A stretch of 63,319 nucleotides of DNA, filler included, from Conidiobolus incongruus B7586 (GCA_000697335.1; 12 parts of 12 records of this genome joined end to end with filler, not necessarily neighbours in it); one strand, 5' to 3'; counted from the whole stretch's first letter, positions 1 to 17,116 are shown. Notes: a model not told the origin generated them from the sequence alone. A program made the numbers and translations.

Positions 1-1988
1 ATATATATATATATATATATATTTATTATAATATCAATTGATAAACTATTTAAACTTTTATCATTATATAAATAAAAACAATCTTTAGGTTACTAGATAT
101 TATAGTAGCTTTTTATATTCCTAATCTATTAAAAGAATATTATTTATATTTCCTTAAATTGAAAGTTAATTTTTATATTTTTATATTTTTAACCTTATAA
201 TTTATTTAAAATTTTTCCAAACTTTATTTTTTTAATAAATTATTTTCTAGCAATTTATTACCTTTCAATTTCTTGATATTATATTTATTTTTTAAATATA
301 ATACAATATATTCTGGTATTCAATAAATATATATTATTATAATAATTTTAAAATTTTCTTTAATAAATAATTTTCTTAAATTAAACTGAGAATATAAGTT
401 TAATATCTAATTAAGAAAAATTTAATAAACTTATATTTAAAATAATTAATCTTGTTTTTGAATATTAAAATAAAATCAGAGAAATTTCTCTTAAAAATTA
501 ATAATTTATAATTTAAAAACCAAATATTTGGTTATTAAATTTTGATCTAATAGCCTAAATGATTTATATTGAAAGAACCCTATTTTAAAATTATCAAAAC
601 TATTGTTCAAAGCCATGTGTTTTATTTTTTGAAACAATGTAATCTTATATAATATATAATTATTTAGGTTAATAATTATTTGATATCAGAGACTAATTAA
701 AGCCTGAATCTATTTCAAGTCTGTATTGTTCTAACCTTTCCTGTTTTATCTTTAAATATAAAACTGTTTGATAAAATTTCAGTTTAATCCTATACTATTA
801 AAAGCAGAATTGTAATTAAAATTATTTATATTTAACTAAGGACAAAGACAATATGTTTAATGCCATATTGTTTGAGACTGAATGCTATTGTAAAATAATG
901 TCCAAATATCTATATTGCAAGTGATAGTTTTCTAAACATTGATTAAATATTGATAGGTGTGTTGAAAACTAATTGAAATTCTGAGTATGGTTAGCTTTAC
1001 TATGTAATCTAGAGTATGTACATATTACGCTTTCCTAATTCAAAACATTGATGAAATATGCGATTTTAAGATTTAAAATTAGTGATATGAATATAAATAT
1101 TTTTATTTTATTGTTTTATATACTTTGATATTTGAAAGAAAAAATTAAACAAATTATTATATAATTGAATATAGTTTAAATAATTCTATTTTTATTTAAT
1201 ATTTGACTAAAGTTGATTAACACAGTAAAAGTAAAAAGATAATAATATTAATAATAATAATAATACAGTTATGAGTTAATTGTATATATTGTCGCTTATA
1301 TCTTAAATTTTCACTTCTTTTTGAATAAATTATTTAAAGTTGAAAACTATAATTCGGGGAATTACTAAATATGTAAATTACTATTAATGGTCATTGTTGT
1401 ATTAGAACTCTTGCCGATATATACAAATGCGTATACATTTTGTTAATATATATTAAGATTATACCATTGCAGTTGTTTTTGATTTTTATACTAATTAATC
1501 TAATAGTCATAATTATTCAATTCATTGTATGTTTATCATTCCAAAAATTATTTTTTATCAATCAGGTATTTGTGGATATAATTATATTTTTATAATTCAT
1601 TGAACAATGAAAAGAGCATTCATAGCATTATTATAATAATCATATATAACTTAATAATGGATTCAAATAATTTGAATTTAAATTACATTTTAAATCTGAT
1701 TATCTGGATTATGTAAGGGTCGAAAGTAGAGCAAAAAATAAGTGAACCTGATTGGTTGAAATAACCAAATAGAATTAAAGTTAAGCATTTGTAATATTTT
1801 CCATTTACCTTCTTTCAAATATCACTCATCATTATAAAGCTTTTATTACTATTATTTTCAATCATTTGGTATTGAAATTCTTGGTCATCAACGCCGATTA
1901 ATAATCCAGTTTTATAAACGACTTTAACTTAGACATCTTTATTTCTTTTGTAAATATTTTAAAATTTTTTATAATTATTATCTTAACG

Positions 1989-4900
1989 ATGCCTCCTAAA
2001 CCCTCTGGTCTTTATTATACTCATCATAATATTCCAAAGCCTAATGACCTGGAAAATTGGAGTCATAATTACTATGAAGTAATACAATTCTTTTTATATT
2101 TTAATACATTATTAAGGAAATTAATATGAATATTTAATAGGAAGAAATTATCAAAGCTCAAAAAGAGTCAATATGGAAAAAGCTTCAAAGTATAAAGCGA
2201 GAGAATCAAGATTTGAGCGAAAAACTCGAATTACAAGAACTACAAAATAATAACTTCAAAGATAAATTAAAAAATTTAGCTTGTCTAATTTTAACAGTAA
2301 ATTAAACATTTTTCAATATTTATAAAAAAAAATTATTAAACAAATAATTTTAGTTCCAAGACAATCTATTCCCTCTAATGCAATCTTTTGGTTTTAATTT
2401 TGATAAAATATCCAGTGGTAAGTATTATAAACTCCATTGCAATTTTTTCACAAAAATCTGTATAAATTTACTTTCTTTTTTTTTAATTTAGATGTATTTT
2501 TATCAAATCTCTTTCAAATCGATTATAACTCCGAAGATCTAAATCATTTTCTAGAGGATTTTGAAACTCAATTTCACGCTTTTTCAAAGTATCTCCAAAG
2601 CAACTTTATGCCTCTTAAATCACAGCTACACAATTTAATTACCAAATTTACTCAAGATGAATGTAAAATTTTTTCAATTCAAAATAATCTTTTATTAATT
2701 TTATTTTAGCCTCTTTACAACAGAGTGATATAAAAAGTTTTTTAAGTTGTCAAACATGGCTTTTGTCTCTTACCAATTCAACTTCTAAATCTAATAACGT
2801 TGACTCAGACACAATACATACTAACCTTCAAGAACAGGTAAAAAAATCAAACTAAAAACATTTTACGTAATTTTAATATCAATAAATAGAACCGACTCTT
2901 AACAGCTGATTTGGAATCCCAAAAAATCTTATACCAGCAAAAACTTGAAGAAATTGAGCAACTTAAATCTAAATTAATATTGGCTGAAAAGAAAGTTGAT
3001 TTTCTTATGTTACATCCACCGAAAGAGATTGAAAAAAGCGAAATACCAAAAGTAAGATGTTTTTATTAGGTTTTTGTGTAAAATTCTAACCTTAATATTA
3101 GGCTCCAGAGCCTCAGGTCATTGCCAATCCCACTCTGGACAGTGATAAGATTAAAGAAAAATTTGAAAAACAAATTGAGGTTCTAATTAAAGAAAAATCA
3201 CAACTTAAGATAGACTTTGATAGATTAAAACTTCAAGTCAGTTACAGATTATATTTATTTGAATTCATATCAACATATTAACATATATTACAGATTTTTG
3301 AAGTACCTACGAAGAAAATTGAAGAATCATATTTATTTAATCAATCTCAACTTAATAATGCAAGGCTGAAATCAGAAAATGAAATTCTTCATGCTAAAGT
3401 TCAAGAATTATCAAATGAAATACAACAGTTTCATGCAGATAAAAACAAATTGATTATGGAAGCTCAAGTAAATTCTAGATCTAATCTAACTTTATAATGG
3501 TTAATTTAACTAATTTTATAGGAGCAAATAATGAAAAGAAACGAATTTTTAGAAAGTTCCATGTCAAAAACTCTCCACGATCTTACAAGAGTTAGAAAAC
3601 ATAGAGATAATTTGATGACAGAAATCCAAGTTTATAAAACTAAAGTGGATACTCAGTCGGATCACAAGCAAGCCCTTTTGACTTTAACTGAATCTCAAAA
3701 TGTAAAAATCTATAATTTCTAATCTTTATTTAAACTAATTATTTTTACTAGGTACAAATCACTCGACTAAAATCCGAAAACCAGCGTTTACAAACAAAAG
3801 TTGCTTTTCTCTCTGGTAATGAAGATGCCATCTCCTTCCTTCAAAACAATAATGATTTGTCTACCGCCGAAGATTATCGAGATAAATTAATTGCCTATGA
3901 AAAGCACCTTCAAGCAGTAGTAGAAAAATGTTCTTGTGGTGCTGCTACTCTGCCTCAAGTAAAAAAAATCAACCATTACAAAAATACATATAAACTTACA
4001 TTTATTCAGGATTTATTATCAACTACCAACTACCCCAAAGGAAATGGTCACTCATTTGAAAATAATGATTCGAGTGTTGAGATCAATGGCAACGAAAGTG
4101 AAATTATTTTGCGTCAGAAAGATAAAATACACGACCTTGAAAGGCAACTAGAAATACAAAAAACTACTCAAGCCCAACTTGCCAAAGAAGTTGAAAATGC
4201 TTTTCAATCATGGACAATATTGCAGAATCAAGCAGCTAGCAAAATATTAAACTTGAAAGAGAAAGAAGATAGGATATTAGAATTAATGAGTGAGGTAAGA
4301 TTTAATAGAGTCTATTTTTCAGTTAAATTTAAGTGTTTTTTATTAGCAAACGAAACTAGAACAGAAACTTAATTCATCCATCAAAGAAAAGAATCAGTTA
4401 AATACACTCATACAAACTCTGAAGCGACAAAATGATAAACAAACGGAGTATATAGCCAAAGCAGAAGAAAGAATTAATAACCAAACAGTTCAATTGGTAA
4501 TTCATAAATTTATATTTTTATTAATCATTCAATTCTTACGTTATATCAGGCAATTGCTGAACGACAGGTCAATGCTTACAAAGACGGTCTATTAGAATTA
4601 GAGAACAAATCTAAAACATATGCTCAAGAGAACTTCCTATTTATTGACCGAATGAAAGTATTTGAAAGTCAAATGAAACAAGTAAATTTTCATACTATAT
4701 TTTACAATAGATTGACTAATTTTCATTTATAGATGGATCAAAATTTAGTTGAAAGGACTAAAGAGCTTGAAGAGCTACGATACAGCAATACGGAGTTAAA
4801 AGAGCAGCTTAAGCAAGCTACTAAACGTATTGATTCACTTTCGGCGAATGGTAATACCATGTTAATTGACGAATTAAATGAAAAGATCGATAATCTTAAG

Positions 4901-5123
4901 GTAAATATATAAAACAAATATTATCCTTGCTTTCTAAATGCAAGCTTAGACAATTTTGAAATGCCCTGCCTGTAATCTGAATTTCAAGTCTCATGTTATA
5001 AATCGCTGTATGCATGTGTTTTGTGAAGAATGTATTCAATCTCGAATTACAACTAGGCAAAGGAAATGTCCTCAATGTAATGAACCATTCGGTGTACAAG
5101 ATATGAAGCAATTGTATTTATAG
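1989..5123 (+). CDS. BRE1: Histone H2B E3 ubiquitin ligase BRE1 (multi-exon; coiled coil plus C-terminal RING)
   Basis: ATG at 1989 (MPPKPSGLYY...); chain of coiled-coil exons separated by short GT-AG introns (ORF-track pieces 2437, 3531, 3857); last exon reads LKCPACNLNFKSHVINRCMHVFCEECIQSRITTRQRKCPQCNEPFGVQDMKQLYL-TAG(5121-5123), the Bre1/RNF20-type C3HC4 RING. Confidence 0.88.
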
Positions 5124-5394
5124 TATATTAATCATAATTTTAACCTATTTAATTCATCGGTTCACTGGATTTTTAATAAATCATAGATCTCATTAACTAA
5201 GATACATTATTTCTCTATTGATTTAATTTCATTGTTTCCAACACTTTCATCAATATCAAATCCTTTTCCTATGCCTTGAATTGAATACCAGAAATAGGCG
5301 ATTATATATTTTTGAGTAATTTAAGTCTATGATATTATTTCCAATTGGTTTATAAGTTTTAATTCTGCGAATCAATATTGAATAATAATTAAAT

Positions 5395-8895
<3,501 letters not shown>

Positions 8896-9276
8896 TATTT
8901 AAATGCAATTAACTATTTTAAAATATTTATTTTAATTTTTGTTTACATCTCTTTGTAGACAATTGATCACTTTTATGATTATGGGTTATTAAATTTGAAT
9001 TGGTATCAAGAATATTCTATATATCTTTATTATTTAAAATATGATAATATACAATATAAATAATAGAAATAATTCATCATTTTTTATAAATATAATTTAA
9101 TATTAAAATATCTCGTTTATATGAAAAAATACACAAAATTTATTAATATGATTAAAGTTAGTATATAATAATATTATAATACTAATATTCCAATAATTAA
9201 AATTGATATTGATATTGTTTAGGTGGTCTACCTATAGATAGTTTTAATATTAATTATATGTCATGAGATATATAAT

Positions 9277-9879
9277 TTAACCAATACCTCTTCTTCCAGA
9301 GACTCCGACTGAGGAAACAAAGCCACTTTTCTTTTTATCGGAATCATCATCTTCAGAGTCATCGGTTTCTGGTGGTCTATTAAAGAAATCGAAACGCTCC
9401 TGTTTAACTTTCCTATATATTAAATAATGCAATAATTATATATATCTTTAAATAAATCAATTTAAAATAATAATTACTCTTGCATCTTTTTTTGGTCTTC
9501 AACACCTGTATAATAATCCATAGAATTTTTAGGAACTTGATAAGTGTAAGAATTACTATCTAAGTAGGGGCCTCTCGCTTTTCTTGCCCAAAGAATTAAT
9601 CCGTTCCTTTAGTATTCAACCCATGTTAATTATTTATTCTGTTATTTAAATTTTAAATAAAAAATACCAGTCTAAATAAAAAATAAATTATGAAAAAAAT
9701 TACTAGATATATTTAAAATAATTACCTGAAGCATTTTTTAACATCTCTTCATACTCTGGCGAATATTTGGATTCGACTATAACTTATTATTGAATGATGA
9801 ATTTATATGCTTGTGAAATATTTATACCTTGATCAATGCTTTCATCGTTTTCTAATTTAACTTTGATATCTGATGACAT
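9277..9879 (-). CDS. 125-aa five-exon protein with a Requiem-N/PHF10/Rsc7-like SWI/SNF-anchor motif
   Basis: Exons 9879-9828, 9782-9726, 9671-9668 (4 nt), 9606-9478 and 9412-9277 sum to 378 nt; all introns GT-AG. Product MSSDIKVKLENDESIDQVIVESKYSPEYEEMLKNASDWNGLILWARKARGPYLDSNSYTYQVPK...DDSEDDDSDKKK...GRRGIG*. Family assignment is from remembered motif similarity only. Confidence 0.7.
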
Positions 9880-10451
9880 GTTTAATTTTGAATTTAATTT
9901 TTAATTTAATGTTGATTCGATTCTAACGACTTTTATGCCATCTATTATCATTTAAATTTATTATGGTTTAAAATTGAGTTAATTTAAAATTGACTTTTTT
10001 ATTCAATATTTTTTGCTCTTGAATAACAATAATGACAGTTTAATAGTTATTTCGCCATATAATAACGTTATTCTTCAACTTTAATTTTTATATATTAATT
10101 ATTAGCAAAATATTATGTTATTTAAATGTCTAATTATTATACGTTAATACAATCATTTGATAAAACATGTGAGTTAATATGATTACCATTATACAAAGAA
10201 ATTTTATAAAAAATTAAAAAAGGAAATATTATTTAAGATATATAATAATTGAAAATACAATTAAATGATCTAAACATATCCATCAAATATTGATAAAATA
10301 AACTTATAATGGTACCAAGATAAAATGAATGTAATTGGTTCACACAGTTTGATATTTGATAAACCCAAAAAACATAATGATTATATGAATTAACAAATGA
10401 TAGATAGAAAATATTTGTGAAAAAATAAAGGGAAAAAAAATTAAAGTAGTA

Positions 10452-10524
10452 TACTATTGACCGGGGTCGAACCGAGGACCTTCCGCGTGTAAAGCAGATG
10501 TAATAACCACTACACAACAACAGT
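10452..10524 (-). tRNA. tRNA-Val (anticodon TAC)
   Basis: 73-nt cloverleaf: acceptor ACTGTTG/CAATAGT, D-loop TAGTGG, anticodon arm TCTGC-TTTACAC-GCGGA, T-loop TTCGACC, discriminator A; T-run downstream. Confidence 0.92.
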
Positions 10525-10728
10525 ATATAGACATTGTCACAGCTCTCAGTCGCATTACTACAGAAATCATGAATGTAACTTATTTTTTTTAAATATATTT
10601 TTCTTGACTACACCATCCCATAATAACTATAATTCTAATTAATATAAATTTTAATTATTGTTATTCATTTAAATTCTCTATAAGTCATACTAATAATTTT
10701 GATAATATAGATTAATTTTAATTTACTC

Positions 10729-11595
10729 ATGGCTACTCAACAATTTGAATTTCCAGACATTCTAAACTTCAACGAATTGGATCAAGATCCCGAATTTATT
10801 GATCAATTTTTAGATCATGCTCTATTAGATTTAACTAACCTTACACCTGAACTTATTGAAGACAACCAACTAAATTTGGATTTTTTAAATATGCCACCCC
10901 CCAACTTGGACGATGATAAATATTTCCAAATCGATCCCAAGACTGGTATGTGTAAATTACAAACTCAATTAATTGATCTTCAAGACCCCAATTATTTATC
11001 TACCAACAATGTCGAAAAGGCTAAGAAGGGTTTACAAACTTTGAAGGTGGATCAATCTGTTAGAAAATTCGATATGACTAAGAGACAAGAAGCCAGAAAA
11101 GTATTTTACTACTACAGTTCTATTATTATCAAAATATTGACTAATTATTTAGGAAAAGGCTGCCAGTGCTGGTCCCAAATGGTTTAACATGCCAGCTACC
11201 CCCCTTACAGAGGAAGCTAAGCGAGATCTACACATTATTAAACTTAGAAATGTTTTGGATCGTAAGAGATTCTACAAAAAGGATAATAACAAAGAATTAC
11301 CCAAGTTCTTCCAAGTAATTTTTATATTTTGAATCATTTTAATAATTTGACTAATATGATTTCCTAGTTTGGTACAGTTATCGAGCATGCTTCAGAATTC
11401 TACAGCTCTAGAATTAATAAGAAGGATCGTAAGAGTACTCTAGTTGAAGAGGTTTTGGCTGACGATAAATCTAGAGATTACTTCAAGAGAAAATATAATG
11501 AAATTCAAGAAGCTAAAACTTCAGGTGGTAAAGAATACGCTAGGAATAGATTCAAAGGTTATAAGAAATCCAGAGGAAAGGGAAAGAAACATTAG
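10729..11595 (+). CDS. FCF2: rRNA-processing protein Fcf2 (3 exons)
   Basis: Spliced product (introns 11101-11152, 11315-11367) contains [10 protein letters not shown]...[21 protein letters not shown]...[37 protein letters not shown], the Fcf2 domain; TAG at 11593-11595. Confidence 0.92.
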
Positions 11596-12583
11596 TGTAG
11601 ATTTTTATTATTTAGGTTTAACTAAAAATTCTTTTAGTATATATTATTCAGTATTTATGTTAACAAACTTTACCATATTTGTGTTGCATCAATATCTATC
11701 AACCTCATTTTGTTAAATGATAAAATGATAAGCTTTAGATCAATTAGTGTATTAACTCACATCATCTTTTTTAATTTTAAATATGTAGCAAAATAGCAAT
11801 TTATAGATATTATGGAATTACATTTTAAAAATAGTTTATTATACAAAAAATATGGCCTATATTTAATATATTACAAATATATTGTACAAATTGTTAAGTA
11901 ATATATATTAAATAATCTTTATACAATATAATTATTAATAACATTTTATTATCTAAACAATCGATTTAATAAAATAATTATAGCTATTTATCATTTATCT
12001 GATTTATAATGTGACTATCTTTAAAAACAAATATAACTGATCTTGATTGAATAGGAACAATTATAGCTGTGAAAAGTAAATATACTGAAATTTGATTCAT
12101 CCCTTAAGTGGCATATTGTGATTTATTCTATCATCCGCGAATCAATCAGCGTCAAATAAATATTTGGTTGAAATTAGTAATTTTAGATATTTCGTTCAAA
12201 GATTATTATAAATATATTTGTTTCAGAAAAAAATTGATAAACTTAGAAATTTATATTAAATCAAATAATTTTATTTGCTTTTTTAACACTATTAAATTTA
12301 TTTTATGTTATATTAGCAACCATTATGTTGCTTTATGAAGACTCCAAAAAGGTATTGATTATGGTAATTAGTATTATAAACATAATCAAAATATGCAAGA
12401 CAATAATAAAATGTTGCTAGATTTATCTAAGGATAAACCATATTAAAAGAACAATAAACTATTATTAATTAAATTAAAATTTGGCTATAAATTTCAATCA
12501 TCCCAAAATCCAAAAATTTATCAAATAATTCAAAGTGATTGAAATTTATTTTTAATCTTTTCAGTTTACAAAAATTACTCAAA

Positions 12584-12607
12584 ATGAGAGATATACTTAA
12601 TAATAGC

Positions 12608-12671
<64 letters not shown>

Positions 12672-13851
12672 GTAGCAATTCAGAACCTCACTCTGCCTCT
12701 ATTCAATTATACAATCATACAATATTTTCAGAAAGAGGCACTCAATCCCCTCTTTCGAGTGCATTAGCTGATTTATTAAATAATATTCACTCTCGCTCTC
12801 TGGAAGCTGGTTATACTAGTAGACAATTGCGAAGAAGAAGTCGCATTAATCCTTTGAATCATAATAGTCCACATAGTAGTCATAGGAGACAAACCCAGAT
12901 ACCCGATAACAGAACCATTTCTATAATTAAAAATTTCTCCAACGAGTCTACTACTGTTAACGGTGAATTTCCTTTACATTTTGATATTGTTAAATCCGAC
13001 GGTGGCGATTACAAGTAAGTGTTTTATAAATATAATTTTAACAATAATTTTGAACGTTAATTTTCTAGTTATGGTTGCTCAATTCCTAATATATTACATA
13101 ATGATGATTATGTCTACTGGTATATATACATTCGAGTTATATAATAATAATTTGACCAACATTTTATTTAGTTCTATTAAAAGCGAAAATATTAATATAG
13201 TACTAAAATTTAACTCCGGAAATAGCGGAGTAATGGACCACTCCTGTGTTATTACTGGAGTAACAGTTAAATCTCCTTCTAATAACAACTATACAGCTCC
13301 TTGTAAATTTAGATTCAAATCAAATTTTACATTTTACTAATTTCCATTTAGGTACCGATTGTCTATTATTTATTTCACACCATAATATATCTTTAGAGGG
13401 TAATTTATAGTTACTATTTATTTGCTTATTTCAAAAGTATTCAACTCATTTTTACATTTATAGATATGAGACTTTATGATAACTTTACTCTACAAGACTA
13501 TAACCGCTGTAAAGAACAACCAGATAAATTCCCATGGCCTAACTCTTCCCTTATTCCAGATCATTACTTTCAGCTCACTCTCAACACAAACTATTACCAA
13601 ACTGCCAAACTTAACCATAGGTAATCTTTCTATTAATTTCTTTCTATTATATACTAATTTGAATTGATCCTTTAGATCCTGTCGATACGTTGGACTTAAA
13701 TTACTAAGATCTGCTGGGACATCAGCTAATATTGACTTTCAGTATATCTGTCTAATGGGTAAATAAATCATCCTTTTTCGATCAAGTTGATAATTAATTA
13801 TTTTTAGGTTATACCGGAGCCAGAAGTTTTGCTCATGGTCAACTGATATAA
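12584..13851 (+). CDS. Uncharacterised multi-exon protein: poly-Asn/Arg-rich N-terminus plus probable galactose-binding-like (discoidin-type) beta-sandwich
   Basis: ATG 12584; spliced reading PLHFDIVKSDGGDY..NILHNDDYVYCS..NINIVLKF..ITGVTVKSP..YTAPC..RYVGLKLLRS..NIDFQYICLMGY..TAA(13849-13851); GT-AG introns restore frame. An upstream exon cannot be excluded. Fold call is inference. Confidence 0.7.
12608..12670 (+). repeat. (AAT)21 microsatellite encoding poly-Asn
   Basis: Perfect trinucleotide run in frame with the 12584 ATG. Confidence 0.97.
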
Positions 13852-15251
13852 AGCTATACCAATTGATTTAAACTCCACTATTGTATTCTTAATTAGACTT
13901 TATTTTATCCAATCCACCCATGAAAATATTTGGTCGAATCATCTAACTAACCCGGTATCTCATTTATATATTCATTTCAATCTCTTTTGATAAGGTTGAT
14001 TATGTTTCGTTTTAAGGATAATCATAACAAGTATACTAATTATATGGTATCATGAGTATAAAATTCTAAGACATTTGGTTTAAATTTAATTTTTTTTAAA
14101 TAACAATTTAAACTCACTCTTTTTATACTCAATAAAACCCTCTTTTTCATATTTACTTACCTTTAGCAATTCACATTCACTTTACTCATATTCATAACAT
14201 TATTTAATGTACTATTCATAGTATAGTTAATGAATGTTATGTTATTTTTATTTTATAGATTGAACAAAAGCTTATCAGACCATATTTTCAATTTGTTTAA
14301 TTAAACTTGTTAAATTAATTTTATTAACAAACCTTAAATAATTTAGATTAAATTTTAAAGATCAAAAAATGCAGTTTTGTCAATGTTACTTTTAATCATG
14401 ATTGGACAAAATGTTCTTCCGATCGTTAATTAACATTAAATTATTCTTATCCCTGTATTTAAAATTTTATTATAAACATTCTCGCTTTCAAAATAATTAC
14501 TTTCAATACATTCTATTTAATTTATGATAATAGGACCTGCTTCATATGCATATCTAAGTTTTCATAAAATGATTGTGATTAATATTAATGCTTGATTACA
14601 TTACTAGTAATGCTAACAAATATTTCATTTAAATATATATTCAACTGAAAATATTCTTATTTGATGTGAGAATTATTTCAAATAATTATACATATTATTA
14701 CTCAGTATTATTTATAATATTGATTTTTTATTTCAGAAAAATTCAATGAGTATTTGAATGTCTAATACTAAATTGTCAAGTTTGGAATTTAAAAATAATT
14801 ACTAAATTTATGAAAAAATTATGATATTACAATCCCATATAGTAAAATTTAATTAAGCAATCTCAGTTGATATGTTAATTATAAATTATAAATTATTTTC
14901 TCAATTGATATTAAATAAATAATGAAAACATTTCTGTGCTAAAGAATTGCAAATAATTTTACTCAAATAATCTCATTAAATACAATTAGCATTCAGCTTT
15001 CATTTCTGATTTATCACAATTGTGTTGAAAAAATATACGTGACTTGGAAAATTTTGAATTAGGAGACTTACAAGGTATATTTTAACATAAATTACAAATT
15101 TTATCAACATATGTATATATATCATAAAAAATGAAAAATATACCAAAATATTAGAATCATATTATGGAGTATTAGATTTTATGAGATATTATTTTTAATA
15201 ATGACAAAAATTGGATATGGAGTATTAGAAAATTAATACAATTCAGTATTC

Positions 15252-16794
15252 CTATTGCATCATACCGGGCATACCTCCAGCTTCTTGTTGTTCACGAACA
15301 AACATTTCGAAATATTGGTAGATGATAGTAACGGCTAATAAGATACCAGTTCCTGAACCAATAGCACCCATTAAATCAGCAACAACTGATAATAAACCAA
15401 TAAGTAAACCACCAACAGTGGCAGCTTGAGGAATAACACGCTTCAAAACCTTATACATGGAGGTATCACGGTGACCAGCGATGACAGTTTGTTGATCTTT
15501 GAGTTGCTTGGCAACATCACGAGGAGAAGATCCAGAAACTTCAATCCAAGTACGAGAGAATAAGGCACAAGCACCCAACATGAAAGTAACATAGATGGAA
15601 AAATGGATGGGATCTTTGAAAACATCCATGATGCTGGAAGGAGGACTGAGATAATAGGCCAAACCAGAGATGGCAAATAATTGGTGAGTACCTTCTTTAA
15701 TTTCCCATACACCAAACATACGAACAAAGAAGTTATTGGGGAAACGAGTGTAAAGCATTTGAGAAACCATATACAAGTTAGAAGTGAGAGCAGATTGAAG
15801 CATAATGGGCATGTTGGAAGTGTAGAACAATTTGATAGGAAAGCTACCACGAGATCCACGCATACGAGCAGATTTGACAGGAATTTCAATACGAAAGCCT
15901 TGTAAGTAGATAACAAGAGCGAAAATGAAAGCGGTAGCTAACAAGTTAGTAATATTGGGTAAGTTGGAACGGAAGAAAGCTTCATAAAGAGCGGAGAACT
16001 TGTTTCTGCGAGTGAATAAAAGGTGGAATAAAGCAATGACAGCTCCTTCAAATTGAGCGCCTTTGCCAATGTTATAAGTGTTGGGACTGAAAGCTTTCCA
16101 GATAATGTTTTCACAAATGTTGGTGGCAATGAACAAGTTGATACCAGAACCCAAACCGTATCCCTTTTGGAGAAGTTCATCAAGTAAAATGACAATAATA
16201 CCAGCCATAGCCAATTGGAAGATCAAAAGTAAGCAGACACCCAGTCCTAAGTTAGAGGCAGGTCCAAAAGTACCAGAAACAACGGAAACAATAGCTTGAC
16301 CAAGAGTGAGAATAATGGCGAATACTGTAACTGGGTTAAGAAACTGGAAGAAAAAAAATTAAGATAAAATACTTACATTTTTGAGCAGCACCAAAAAGAG
16401 CACGATCTTCACGAACGCTGTAGTCGACCTCGAGCAAGTTAGCTCCAGAAAGCATTTGTAAAATCATACCAGAGGTAATAATAGGAGTAATACCAAGTTC
16501 CATTAGAGTACCACGATTGGAGGCAAGAATAACTCTCATCCAATAAAGAGGATCTGAGGAATCAGAAGACATAATACCGTATAAGGGGATTTGAGAACAT
16601 ACTAAGAAAATGAATAAAGTGATTGCTGTCCACAAGATCTTTTGGTTGAAAGGGATCTATTTAAGATTAATATTAGATTAGCAAAAGATGGGCTGAGAAT
16701 AATGAAGGCTAATGTGTACCTTGCGATCTGGAGAAGCAACTTCAGGAATGAAGGCCACAAAAGGGCGCATTAAATGTAGCGCTCTGAAAGTCAT
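15252..16794 (-). CDS. SEC61: Protein translocon subunit Sec61 alpha (3 exons)
   Basis: [25 protein letters not shown] / [28 protein letters not shown]...[19 protein letters not shown] / ...[18 protein letters not shown]...[12 protein letters not shown]...[18 protein letters not shown]. Confidence 0.98.
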
Positions 16795-17108
16795 GATTTA
16801 GTATATTTAGAGCAAATTAGGTTGGAAAGACGGCCGAAAAAGACTTGCACCCAAAACAGTTTAAATATGATGACTGATGAATAAAATACAAATAGTGAAT
16901 GTGGTTTATGAATTGTCCAATCAGCATAGATTTAGTATTAATTTATACAAAGCATTTACTCAGTCAAAATCCAATCCCAAAATCCTAATTCAGTCAAATT
17001 TCAAACTCACAATTCTGATTCTCGTGTTGTAAAATGATTGGAGAATAATTGACAACTACCCATTCACAGGCCCTAGACTAATCCATAATATAATGGTTTC
17101 ACTTAAAT

Positions 17109-17116
17109 TCACGTCA
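17109..17116 (-). promoter_or_regulatory. Candidate bZIP (Hac1/XBP1 UPRE-like) site TGACGTGA upstream of SEC61
   Basis: TCACGTCA on + strand about 315 bp upstream of the SEC61 ATG; several CCAAT boxes lie between it and the gene (about 16917, 16971, 17037). Confidence 0.35.

Noticed and set aside
1..1000. CpG-free AT-rich start of the window
   Set aside because: May be a hypermutated repeat, but no motif, TIR or second copy could be identified.
10233..10520. 95-aa ORF starting inside tRNA-Val
   Set aside because: Non-ATG start within the tRNA; low-complexity F/Y/I/N composition from AT-rich DNA.
10544..10572. Reading the tRNA-upstream motif as a C/D-box snoRNA (ATGA...CTGA)
   Set aside because: Under 30 nt from box to box, and the C box is poor and not conserved in the Lys copy.
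12469..12678. Poly-Leu ORF on the minus strand
   Set aside because: Antisense reading of the (AAT)n poly-Asn tract.
15443..16299. Extra ORFs overlapping SEC61 (15443, 15681, 15938, 16078)
   Set aside because: Alternative-frame or antisense shadows of a codon-biased gene; no recognisable motifs.
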